A stretch of 64,000 bases of DNA from a virus. This document shows, piece after piece, positions 16,689 to 26,700 of the stretch (its first letter is position 1; each line of letters begins with the position of its first letter). The position numbers and the translations under genes were made by a program. The notes under the pieces are model-generated. The model was given only the letters and a program-made list of their open reading frames with translations, made no database searches and was not told the DNA's origin. The stretch lies in IMG/VR virus record IMGVR_UViG_3300033146_001239, positions 4,085 to 68,084 of that record; one strand, written 5' to 3'.

Positions 16689-19403
16689 TTAACAAGTACT
16701 ATTATCAATTATCACTTGTTTTTCTAATTCACAATTATTATTATCAACAATTCTTACTATATAATTATCCTCACTTACATTATTAATCGTATAATAATCT
16801 AAATTAGTTTCATCAACATATGCACCATTTAAGTATATTTTAAATGACGAATTTCCAATAATATTACTAATTATAATATTATGACAATTTTCAACAGTTA
16901 AATCAAATGTTAGTTCACATGGTGAATTAACCCCACATATACTATTAGAATCACAAACCCTTATATTTTCACCATTATAGTTAATAATTTTAGTATCATA
17001 TCCTAACCCACAACAGCAAGCTACCGCATCTTCAGTTTCGATATTTGGGAAATCGTGAAGATTTATTGTACTATAATTATTTTCAAAATTAAATATTACA
17101 TACCCATTAACACCAATATCAATTGATTCAGCACCACAATTACTTGGTGGGGTTCTTAATAAAACACATTGTACTTCATCTATACCATTATAACCACTAA
17201 TTGCGTGATAATCATTACCTAAATTTTCACAACAACGAATACCTTCTGCTAAACTTAAATTAGGGAAACCAATTAAAAATGTCGTCATATATGTATCAAA
17301 CGTAAACGATACTACCCCATTATGGTCGACAGTATAATCTAAGTAACTACAAGGTATATCAACCTCATTGATATTACACTTATAATCTATTTTTAATATT
17401 TTATCATCTATTTCAAAATCACAATTACAAACACTTTTACGTGGTTTTGGTTTTGGACTATCTACTATTTCACTAGAAATATTAATACAATTTGTCGCAT
17501 CATTACCTTGAGAATCAATTACCGATATAACTGTTTCTTGAAATCGAATACCATTAAAATCACCACCACTATCATTCATATATAAATTAGTAATTCCAGA
17601 TGAAACATATTCTTTATGTAAAGTAACAGATGAAAAATCTGGAATTAAACAATTAAATTGGTCTAAATATTCTTGCCCCTTATCATAAGGTCCAACATGT
17701 GGGTTATTACCCGTTGTTATATCAACAACTGCATGTTCCCCACCAGTTTCTCTATACCATTGCCCAGCCTTTTGAAAATACATATTAGGTGTATTTGGTA
17801 ATATTTTAGGGAAACCATCTTCATCAATATTCAATTTATCTAAATCCACATCAATATCTAATTCACGTAAAACATCTTTAAATAAATTAATATCTAATGG
17901 TTTATTTATCGTATAAACATATTCATTAAATTTATATAACCCAGTTGGTGTACCGATAAATTTGAAAAACATTTCAATCACTTTTCTAGTACCTTTTGAT
18001 TTCCAAATCCACGGTGTATTTATTATTAATCTTCTCCAAAATTCAATTTCTTGTTCTGAAATTGATAACCCCCTTGAATGACCCCTAAACCCTTGATTAT
18101 TACGAGTTAAATATGATGTTAATACGTCATTATTAACCAATGACGATGTTAATTCCCAACCAAGAGACCTACCTAATATTCTAACAATATTATCAGGTAT
18201 ATTATCTTTTTTATCATATGTTACAGTATGTGCATGTGAAATACCATCAATATGTGATAAAATCTCATCATATTCCCTTCCATAAATTTTTAATGTTTTA
18301 TTCATTTTAGCACCACTAGTTTCATGTTCACCACCTAAACAATCTGGTGTTGTATCAAAATCAGATATTGAATCACTTGTTAAAAATCTAGCAATCATAT
18401 TTGAATCAACTTCATCCGATTTATCAGCCATATTAATTAATTTTGTAACATATTGTACATATTCTGGTGTATTAAAATCTAAATTATAACCATCAGATAC
18501 TGGCCAAATAAATGAATCATTTTTTGTTAAAACAACCCCAGAATCTAAAACCTCATTATATGTGAATGTTGATTTATAATTTGGAATTGTTAATCTATTT
18601 AATAAATAATTTTCGAATAACGATAACCCCTCAAAAAATGTCTCAAATAATTCAGTTTTAGGTTTAATATGATAATTCTCAGATGTATACCCACTAATAT
18701 TAGGAAATGGGTTACCATTTACTTTAAAATTCAAAACACCAAAATTAGTATCAGTAACCGCTGTATAATCTAATATTTCCTCACCATTAATAATATAATC
18801 ATTAAAATTAATACTAAAATTCCTTAAATTATAATTATTATATGAATTTAATAATATGGCTTCACTTGAGAAATCAATATTATATAAATTAACGATTTGA
18901 TTTGCATTAACAGAAAAAGTTGAGAAATTATTTATACTATCATAATAATAATTTTCAATAGTATTCCCAGTATAATTAAAACTAGATAATGGTGTGTTCA
19001 TATATTGTTGAACATATAATGAAGCTGGCCATTCACTAATAATAATTTCTAAACTAGTTCTAATAAATTCTCGTAATGAACCAAATAACGCATAATTTCT
19101 TAATTTTGTTTCATTTAAATTAAGTTTTAATGTTTCATCTGATACTAATGAACTTAAAATATTATTATTATTATTTGGGTTTATCGAATCAAGAGTATAA
19201 AATTTAGAATAATTATTAGTTTTAAAGATACGACTAACTTTATCATCTAAATTAGTATCAATAATAAAATTACCATTAGTGAATGTAATATTATCGCTAT
19301 TAGCAATTTGTTGACCAACAAGACCATCACTAAAATTACGATATTCTATACCATCCGAAAAAAACACCCTCTGGGCGTAACCAACCACTTTAACCTTACC
19401 CAT
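16689..19403 (-). CDS. Putative baseplate wedge-like structural protein with Cys-rich C-terminus
   Basis: EFWRRLIINTPWIWKSKGTRKVIEMFF resembles the baseplate (P2 gpI / T4 gp7-like) KGT motif. Confidence 0.65.
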   Translation of the reverse strand: MGKVKVVGYAQRVFFSDGIEYRNFSDGLVGQQIANSDNITFTNGNFIIDTNLDDKVSRIFKTNNYSKFYTLDSINPNNNNNILSSLVSDETLKLNLNETKLRNYALFGSLREFIRTSLEIIISEWPASLYVQQYMNTPLSSFNYTGNTIENYYYDSINNFSTFSVNANQIVNLYNIDFSSEAILLNSYNNYNLRNFSINFNDYIINGEEILDYTAVTDTNFGVLNFKVNGNPFPNISGYTSENYHIKPKTELFETFFEGLSLFENYLLNRLTIPNYKSTFTYNEVLDSGVVLTKNDSFIWPVSDGYNLDFNTPEYVQYVTKLINMADKSDEVDSNMIARFLTSDSISDFDTTPDCLGGEHETSGAKMNKTLKIYGREYDEILSHIDGISHAHTVTYDKKDNIPDNIVRILGRSLGWELTSSLVNNDVLTSYLTRNNQGFRGHSRGLSISEQEIEFWRRLIINTPWIWKSKGTRKVIEMFFKFIGTPTGLYKFNEYVYTINKPLDINLFKDVLRELDIDVDLDKLNIDEDGFPKILPNTPNMYFQKAGQWYRETGGEHAVVDITTGNNPHVGPYDKGQEYLDQFNCLIPDFSSVTLHKEYVSSGITNLYMNDSGGDFNGIRFQETVISVIDSQGNDATNCINISSEIVDSPKPKPRKSVCNCDFEIDDKILKIDYKCNINEVDIPCSYLDYTVDHNGVVSFTFDTYMTTFLIGFPNLSLAEGIRCCENLGNDYHAISGYNGIDEVQCVLLRTPPSNCGAESIDIGVNGYVIFNFENNYSTINLHDFPNIETEDAVACCCGLGYDTKIINYNGENIRVCDSNSICGVNSPCELTFDLTVENCHNIIISNIIGNSSFKIYLNGAYVDETNLDYYTINNVSEDNYIVRIVDNNNCELEKQVIIDNSTC

Positions 19404-19566
19404 ATAATTCTTTATTTAAAATCTTCATAATATCATTCATATTGTTAATATAAGGTATTCTTATTAAATGTATACCATTATCGTCACAATATTTATTCTT
19501 AATAACATCATTCACTTTCCGTTTTTCAAAACCACTAATACCACCAAAAACATTTATTCTACCCAT
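19396..19566 (-). pseudogene. Internally deleted remnant of a Vsr/DUF2726-like endonuclease (56-aa ORF)
   Basis: My translation MGRINVFGGISGFEKRKVNDVIKNKYCDDNGIHLIRIPYINNMNDIMKILNKELYG* looks like only the C-terminal end of that family; the catalytic D...E core is absent. Confidence 0.7.
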
Positions 19567-19570
19567 TATA

Positions 19571-20485
19571 TTAAATGTTTACTATATTATTAAATTGTTT
19601 TGTGAAATCAATGTTAGTTCTTTCTTCACGAACCTCAAATAATGGTTTACCAGTAAACTCTTCTTTGATTTCATATAAATTATATTGTTTATAAATTTCA
19701 TCGTTAAAATTATAAATAGTATAAATACCATCTTCTAATGATTTAGTTTGATTTGCCATCATAGCATAAGCTAATGTTTCAATATCATGTTCAACCATTT
19801 CTATTTCAATCATTATTGGGTCAAAAAATGTGTTAGTAATTATAACTTCTTGACCTATTTTACCTATATCTGGTAACGCATTAGGTTTTACATTTGGGGC
19901 TGATGCTGGGGTTACAGTACAAAATGATAATGAACTGGTATCATCAAAAACATAACGTTCTGATTGTGTTATAGAATTAGGGTTATTATTAAATGTTGGT
20001 ACTGAAAAATTGTTAGATGTAATTATTGTGAAAAAATTTTGTTGTTTTCGTTCATCTAACGTTGGGTTCATTTGTATATATTCAACTCTATAACCCACTA
20101 AATTATTATTTTGAAACGCTTCTTGATGTTCTGGTGATATTGTTGATAAATCAAAAACAATACCTTTAGTGTCTGGAAACGGTGCTAAAACCCCACAAGC
20201 GGTAATAGTCGTTCTAATTTCTTTTGGTTTAATAATAATCGTATAAAAACCCTTTGCTTGTATAATATTAGTTTCTAATTTTAAAGTATACAACCCACCG
20301 AAAATTTCAAATGTATTACTAGTGTTATTTGGGTTAGCTGTTTTAATTAAAACAGAATTTGGATTTAATTTAGTTAATTCAGTATCCCCTATTGACGTTC
20401 TAGACGGTGTATAATGTAAAAATATTTCCACATCTTGTGGTCTAATATCCGCGCCCCTTACTATTCCATATGCTCCAGTGCTCAT
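19571..20485 (-). CDS. Putative virion structural protein
   Basis: 304-aa ORF in the structural operon; the last residues (EVREERTNIDFT) read like conserved phage structural sequence. Confidence 0.6.
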   Translation of the reverse strand: MSTGAYGIVRGADIRPQDVEIFLHYTPSRTSIGDTELTKLNPNSVLIKTANPNNTSNTFEIFGGLYTLKLETNIIQAKGFYTIIIKPKEIRTTITACGVLAPFPDTKGIVFDLSTISPEHQEAFQNNNLVGYRVEYIQMNPTLDERKQQNFFTIITSNNFSVPTFNNNPNSITQSERYVFDDTSSLSFCTVTPASAPNVKPNALPDIGKIGQEVIITNTFFDPIMIEIEMVEHDIETLAYAMMANQTKSLEDGIYTIYNFNDEIYKQYNLYEIKEEFTGKPLFEVREERTNIDFTKQFNNIVNI

Positions 20486-20488
20486 AAT

Positions 20489-21277
20489 TTATATATTTTG
20501 TTTTATTATATTATAATACCCATTACCAAATCGCATTAAATGGTTAACAGATTCGATTTCAGATAATTTTAAATGTGGTTCAAATATAACATTCTCACCT
20601 CTTTCAATAAATACATCACTTTGTATTTCTGGGGGGAAAACCACACCTAAATATTCTTCTAATTTCGTTATAGCCGATAATGAAGTGTTAGTTTTATTAA
20701 AACCTTCATTAAATGCCGTAAATTTTGTTTCAATTATAGATTCATAATTTCCATGAACATTAACAACCCTTCTAGTTTTTTGATTATTATCTTCAAAATA
20801 TAACCCACTACTTTGTAAATTAGTACCAAAATTTGGGTCGGAAATATCACCTTTAATTGTATATTTCGTAACACCATTTGGTTGGAAATCAAAAACCCTA
20901 GTTCTACCATCAACTGAAATACCTAAAAAATTATCGTATACTTCAGATTCAACATCAAAACCTGGTAGATATTGTGTAACACCATAATTTTGACATTCGG
21001 ATAATTTACTACTGCTAAAACCACTTAATAAACCACCATATGTATAATAACCACTAACATCCACACCTATTTGTCTAACATTATGGGTATCACCAGTCAT
21101 AGTAAATGTTAAATTTGATGATTTATATTCCATATCTTCATTAATACCAATATCATCAAATGTTTGTGTTAAAAATATAGGAATATAAATAGTACTAGCA
21201 GTCATTAACCCATATGTTACATCTGGGTTACGACTATATAAATCTTCTATTAATATTTTCCTTTTAATTAATCTCAT
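20489..21277 (-). CDS. Putative virion structural protein
   Basis: 262-aa ORF, translationally coupled to its neighbours. Confidence 0.6.
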   Translation of the reverse strand: MRLIKRKILIEDLYSRNPDVTYGLMTASTIYIPIFLTQTFDDIGINEDMEYKSSNLTFTMTGDTHNVRQIGVDVSGYYTYGGLLSGFSSSKLSECQNYGVTQYLPGFDVESEVYDNFLGISVDGRTRVFDFQPNGVTKYTIKGDISDPNFGTNLQSSGLYFEDNNQKTRRVVNVHGNYESIIETKFTAFNEGFNKTNTSLSAITKLEEYLGVVFPPEIQSDVFIERGENVIFEPHLKLSEIESVNHLMRFGNGYYNIIKQNI

Positions 21278-22062
21278 TAAATTATTTCAGTTTCATATAA
21301 ATTTATTAACACTTCATTACTAGAATAAACAATATTTTGATTATATGTAGTGTCTAAATAATAAATATATTTATTATTCTCTCTTTTTAAAATATATTTA
21401 GTATAAATCACATCAATAACCTCGTTAGCGTTTAATACTGGTGTTGAACTTGTCATCATTTTATGTGAAAAACCTGTTTTAGCATTATTAAATTCAGCTT
21501 TCATATAAATAGAAGTCCCAGTCGTTGTATACATTTCATCATCTTTATTATTATATAAAAATAACCCCTCAGCAAAACCACTTGGGTTTGTTATTGGGTC
21601 TGATAAATTAAATTGAATATTTTCAGATTCAAAATCACCACCAGGTGTTGTAACTAAAAATTGTGGGTGTATTGTTACATCAAATAATTTATCACCAATT
21701 GTTGGTTTATCATTATTATAAAATGATAACCTTAAAAACGATTCTTTTAAATTATTTCTACGAAACCTTAAATCATCATTAACAAAATCAATGTCACCGT
21801 ATGTGTTACCAGCAATAAAATGTAATTTATATCTAACAAATTTCATTTTATTGCCAGAATTATCATACGGCGAAAATCTAACACGTTCATAATCAACTAT
21901 TTTATTAATAGAACCCCTAATACCAGTTTCAACAAATTTACGTTCAATTATATCTGATTGGTCTACTGGGCTAAATGATGTTGAAATTGGAATCTTGATT
22001 AATAATTCCGTTACACCAGATAATGTACCATTATTTATTTGTATCTTCTTAACATCCACCAC
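21277..22062 (-). CDS. Putative virion structural protein
   Basis: 261-aa ORF, overlapping its neighbours. Confidence 0.6.
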   Translation of the reverse strand: MVDVKKIQINNGTLSGVTELLIKIPISTSFSPVDQSDIIERKFVETGIRGSINKIVDYERVRFSPYDNSGNKMKFVRYKLHFIAGNTYGDIDFVNDDLRFRRNNLKESFLRLSFYNNDKPTIGDKLFDVTIHPQFLVTTPGGDFESENIQFNLSDPITNPSGFAEGLFLYNNKDDEMYTTTGTSIYMKAEFNNAKTGFSHKMMTSSTPVLNANEVIDVIYTKYILKRENNKYIYYLDTTYNQNIVYSSNEVLINLYETEII

Positions 22063-23767
22063 AACCTCGTTTTATTTCATAATTATCACCATCTAATGGG
22101 TCACCTAATGGGTCTCTTGGGTCATTAGGACTTGTTGGCTGATAATATAAATCAGTCAAACTAAATGGGTCTTGCCTCCTTACATTTAAAAAAATGTTTT
22201 TATATAAATAATGTGTACCATTAGTAAAAGGATAATCTAATGGTGGTGTACTAGTATCACTAAAACCTAATGATAAAAGGTCGCGCCATAATAATCTCCC
22301 ATCACCTAAATCTGTTGAATATAATGGTGGACCATATACATTTATATCCCCTTGTTCAATATATGACGAAAATTGTCTAATTTGAATCCGATGATGTGGG
22401 TTATATAAATAACCTTCTTGTCTACCATTAGCTTCACGATTATTGGTATTAAATCTATGTGAAACTTCCGATAATACATTTTCTATTAATGAAAATTCGT
22501 TATATTCAACAACATCCCCGTAAAATAATTCTTGACTAAAATCTATATCAAGTTCTAATGGAACATGTGTTACAATTGGTGTTAACCCACCGTTATGGAT
22601 TCTTCTAATATCTGATACATTAGTCATCGAATTAATTGTATCAGTGTATGGAATATCAATACCACTACTAATTTTAGAAAAACCTAAGTTATGTCTCTTA
22701 ATAATCGTCAAAAAAACCTCAGATAGTGGTCGACTTAAATTATCTGATAAATATGTGATATCAACATCTTCAGTTGTACCAGAACCACCGTTAAAAACAT
22801 ATTGAACTGTTTGGTCAGAATAGATGTTTTTAGCAATACTTAATGGATAAACCTCATAATCATTAACATCAGTTATTCTTTTAAATTTTCTAAAATAGTA
22901 AATAGATTCTCTTCGATTATTTCCACTACTACCCATAACACGCCTCATTCTAGCATTAAAGATATTGTTAATCAATTCACTACTAGTATCTACCACAAAC
23001 ACATACTCACCCATAGTACCATCTTTATAACCCAATTGTTTAACCTTAAAATCACCATTTAAATTAAATGGACTTAATCCATTAATATTTACTTTATCAC
23101 CAACTTTTAAACCATGTTTTACAGGTGTTCTAAGTGTATTCATTTGTCTATTACCAATTTCTATAGTAGTTAATTCAATTATCAATAAACCACCGTTAAC
23201 AATAGTATGACCCGAATCTATACTATGTGGGTACGTAATAATCAATTCCCAATTTGGTATACCACTAGTAGGTGTTAATTCAAAACACTCGTTTCCAGGG
23301 GTCATCTTTTCAAATTTACACGCATTACTAGGATTTTGAGTATCAAATGGTTTATAAAACCCAAACCACCCATCAACTTCTTTTAAATTAGTGTTAAACG
23401 ATTCTTTGTATGTTAAATCTTCTTCGTCTATTGAGCTACCATTACTAGGAAATGTTTTATCCCTAAATCTAAATTCATCGAAGATACCCCAATGGTTTAC
23501 ATTTGTTGTTGTCACCCATTCATTATTGTTATCACCATTCACTTCGAATAACGGGTTACTAAATAATGTTTTAATTGTTCCCAAAAAACGATATTTTTTA
23601 CACCTATTACGTTCTAATTGAAATTCATCGTATTGGTTAACCATTTCATTAATTTCATTTGGAACCAATAGACGATTATTATTGTTAAGAGGGATTTTAA
23701 CATTAAAACCCTTATTAACCGATAATTGTGAATCTTCTTTATTTAATCTTTTAACGATTCTTTCCAT
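22049..23767 (-). CDS. Putative virion structural protein
   Basis: 572-aa ORF in the structural operon. Confidence 0.6.
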   Translation of the reverse strand: MERIVKRLNKEDSQLSVNKGFNVKIPLNNNNRLLVPNEINEMVNQYDEFQLERNRCKKYRFLGTIKTLFSNPLFEVNGDNNNEWVTTTNVNHWGIFDEFRFRDKTFPSNGSSIDEEDLTYKESFNTNLKEVDGWFGFYKPFDTQNPSNACKFEKMTPGNECFELTPTSGIPNWELIITYPHSIDSGHTIVNGGLLIIELTTIEIGNRQMNTLRTPVKHGLKVGDKVNINGLSPFNLNGDFKVKQLGYKDGTMGEYVFVVDTSSELINNIFNARMRRVMGSSGNNRRESIYYFRKFKRITDVNDYEVYPLSIAKNIYSDQTVQYVFNGGSGTTEDVDITYLSDNLSRPLSEVFLTIIKRHNLGFSKISSGIDIPYTDTINSMTNVSDIRRIHNGGLTPIVTHVPLELDIDFSQELFYGDVVEYNEFSLIENVLSEVSHRFNTNNREANGRQEGYLYNPHHRIQIRQFSSYIEQGDINVYGPPLYSTDLGDGRLLWRDLLSLGFSDTSTPPLDYPFTNGTHYLYKNIFLNVRRQDPFSLTDLYYQPTSPNDPRDPLGDPLDGDNYEIKRGCGGC

Positions 23768-23773
23768 ATTAAA

Positions 23774-26700
23774 TTAAGTTGTTGGGGTATGTATTGTTAT
23801 TATGGTAGATGTACACACAATGTTTGCATCACGAGCTTGGCATTGATAATCAGTATCAGCTGTTGATACAGTGAATGTTGGATTACTTGACCAACTTGAC
23901 CAACCGCTATCATTCACTCTATATTGATACGATGGAGTTCCACCATTAGCGTATAATGTAATAGTAGTTGAATCAACTGGGTAACCACCACAAATTAATG
24001 TTGGTGGTTCAGTAACCGTAACTGTTTTATCAATTAGACAACCCCAATTACTAGTTACCGAATAATAATCATAAAGTTTAACAATATAATCACCAGCTGG
24101 TATTAATATTCCAGCATCAAAGGTAACGGTATTAGTCGATGGTATTCCACTACTATTATATTTAATAATTTTTTCATCAATTAATGTACCACCATCATCA
24201 TATAATTGTATTTTATACGCATTAACATTATGTTGATGGTAATTAGAATAAATTTGTTGATTACTTTCTGGAACACCACCACCAAAACTAACTTTTATTG
24301 ATGCGTTATCACCACCATGACAACTAACATGATTAACTTCGTCAATCGTTAATTGTAAACTAATTGGTTGATAAATCGTTTGATTAATAGATGTTGTACA
24401 ACCATTATCATCTGTAACAATAAAATTATATGGACTAGCACCTAAATTATTTTTAATATAGGTATTATTTCCTAATAATTCATCTGGACCAAAACCATAA
24501 TTAATAGTGTATGGTGGTGTTCCACCATAAATAGAACCATATAACGACCCGTTTGTGTTACCATTACATCTTAATCCAAGACCATTGTTATTAATCACCA
24601 TACCTAATTGATTTGGATTAACCATATTAATATTAACACTATTAATTGGTGGTGTGAGATAATTACCGTTAACCATTATAGTATTTGGTGTCCCACCATT
24701 ATTATCAAAAACCTCTAAAATATAATTACCTTCGATTAAATTACTAAAACTAGAACCAAAACTATCATAACCATTCGACGCGGAGGTTAAATGTATATCA
24801 TATGGTGTAACACCACCATTCACGCTTACATTTACTTGCCCATCACCTACATCATGACAACTAATATTCGTCCATTGAACAATAATATTCATTGGTGGTG
24901 GTGTTATTAATGAAATGTGATAAAATTCACTAACGTTACCATCACTAATTATTGTTTGATAATTACCACCACATAAACCACTAAATTCGACTGGGAATTG
25001 ATTATACTGATTGCTTATCACCGCTGTACTACTACTTAATGTAATATTATAGTTACCACCTGGTGGGTTACCACCAGAAATATTATTTACTGTTATATTA
25101 CCATTACAAACACCGAATGATGTTGGGTTTATTGAGCTGATGTTTGCTACCATAGCTGGTGGTTCATTTATCATAAACACCCCTCGTGCACTACCATTAG
25201 TTGAATCTATAACAGTTATTATATATGTTCCACTAAAAAGGTTTGTAAACGATAATAAATTATTATTAACACCATTTAACCATTGATTAAAACCATTTGG
25301 TCCTATAATTTCATATTCATAAGGTTCATCACCACCTAAAATTTCAACAGTTAACGTTCCATTATTACCACCCACTAATGTTACATCTGTTGTAACACCT
25401 TCTAAAATAAAATCATTTTGTGGGAAATAATCACAATCCGTTAAAAACCTAGTATTTAATTTATTAATTGCTGATTTACTAGGTCGTAACCCAAAATAAA
25501 AATAATATGAATTATTATACGGTAAACCTTTAACATCTGGTTGAAAATCTGGTGATGGTGTGTTATTACCAAAACCATATTCAGCATCACCAGCACCATA
25601 ATTATAACCATTAAAACCTCTAAATATTGTATGAGCTGAATACCCATTAATACTAACAAAACCAGGGTCATACATTTTACCCGCAACAACACCATCAAAT
25701 ATACCATTAATTGCCGCATTAGGTGTATTTAAACCCCTTATACCATATCTAACATACTCATCAAATATATCTTGACTTTCTGGACCATTTAATAATTCTA
25801 ATGGTATTGGTTGGTCTAACACACCATCACACGTTTGAGGTCCAGAATTATCTATATAATTATTCCATTGACCAGTATCTAACATACCGATGGTATTATT
25901 AACATCAACGTTTTGTGTTGCACCAGACCACCCATCTTCTTCATCTATATTCCTACCTAATTCAGATTGTAACCTAATATGACGACTTTGACAGTAATTT
26001 ACAAATAACCCTAATGGGTTAACATTCATAAATAACCCATCTTCCCCACCACCATAACCAATTATACCACTTTCAGTTACAATTGTTTGTAATTGACCTG
26101 TACTTGGGTTAACACATTCTACTTCCGTTGTATCAAATAATGGACCTCTATTATATGTTGTAGTTGGGATTCTATCAATTATGTATGGGAATCCATCAAC
26201 ATCACATTTATATGTACCACCTAAACAAGTAATATCAGTTGCATATAATTTATGCCCATTAGAGTACGGTGCATAATACATATGATTATCAAATTCTTTA
26301 ATTAAACCCGTTGATATAACCCTAGTTTCCCATGCTTTTTCAGCCATCGGTGTATGTAAATCTACACCAAAAAAATCTTGAAAAGAATCAACTAAATCTG
26401 GTTGTGGTTGAACTGATGTATCAGCAATATGATTTTCCATACAAAATAAATTAGAATTATGTGTACATGTATAATCAACATCACAAAATGTTCTACGTTT
26501 AGCTTTCCGTTTATACTTAAATAAAAAATAATATAATGTACCATTAATCCAATCATTATAAAAATCAAAAGTAAACATTTCAAAATAATCAGCCAAACCA
26601 GAACCAACACAAGAAATATACTTAAAACCACTAGCATCAATCGTTCCAGGTGGATACGAAGAATTATTATATTTGGTATGGAATACTGGGTGTGTATCAG

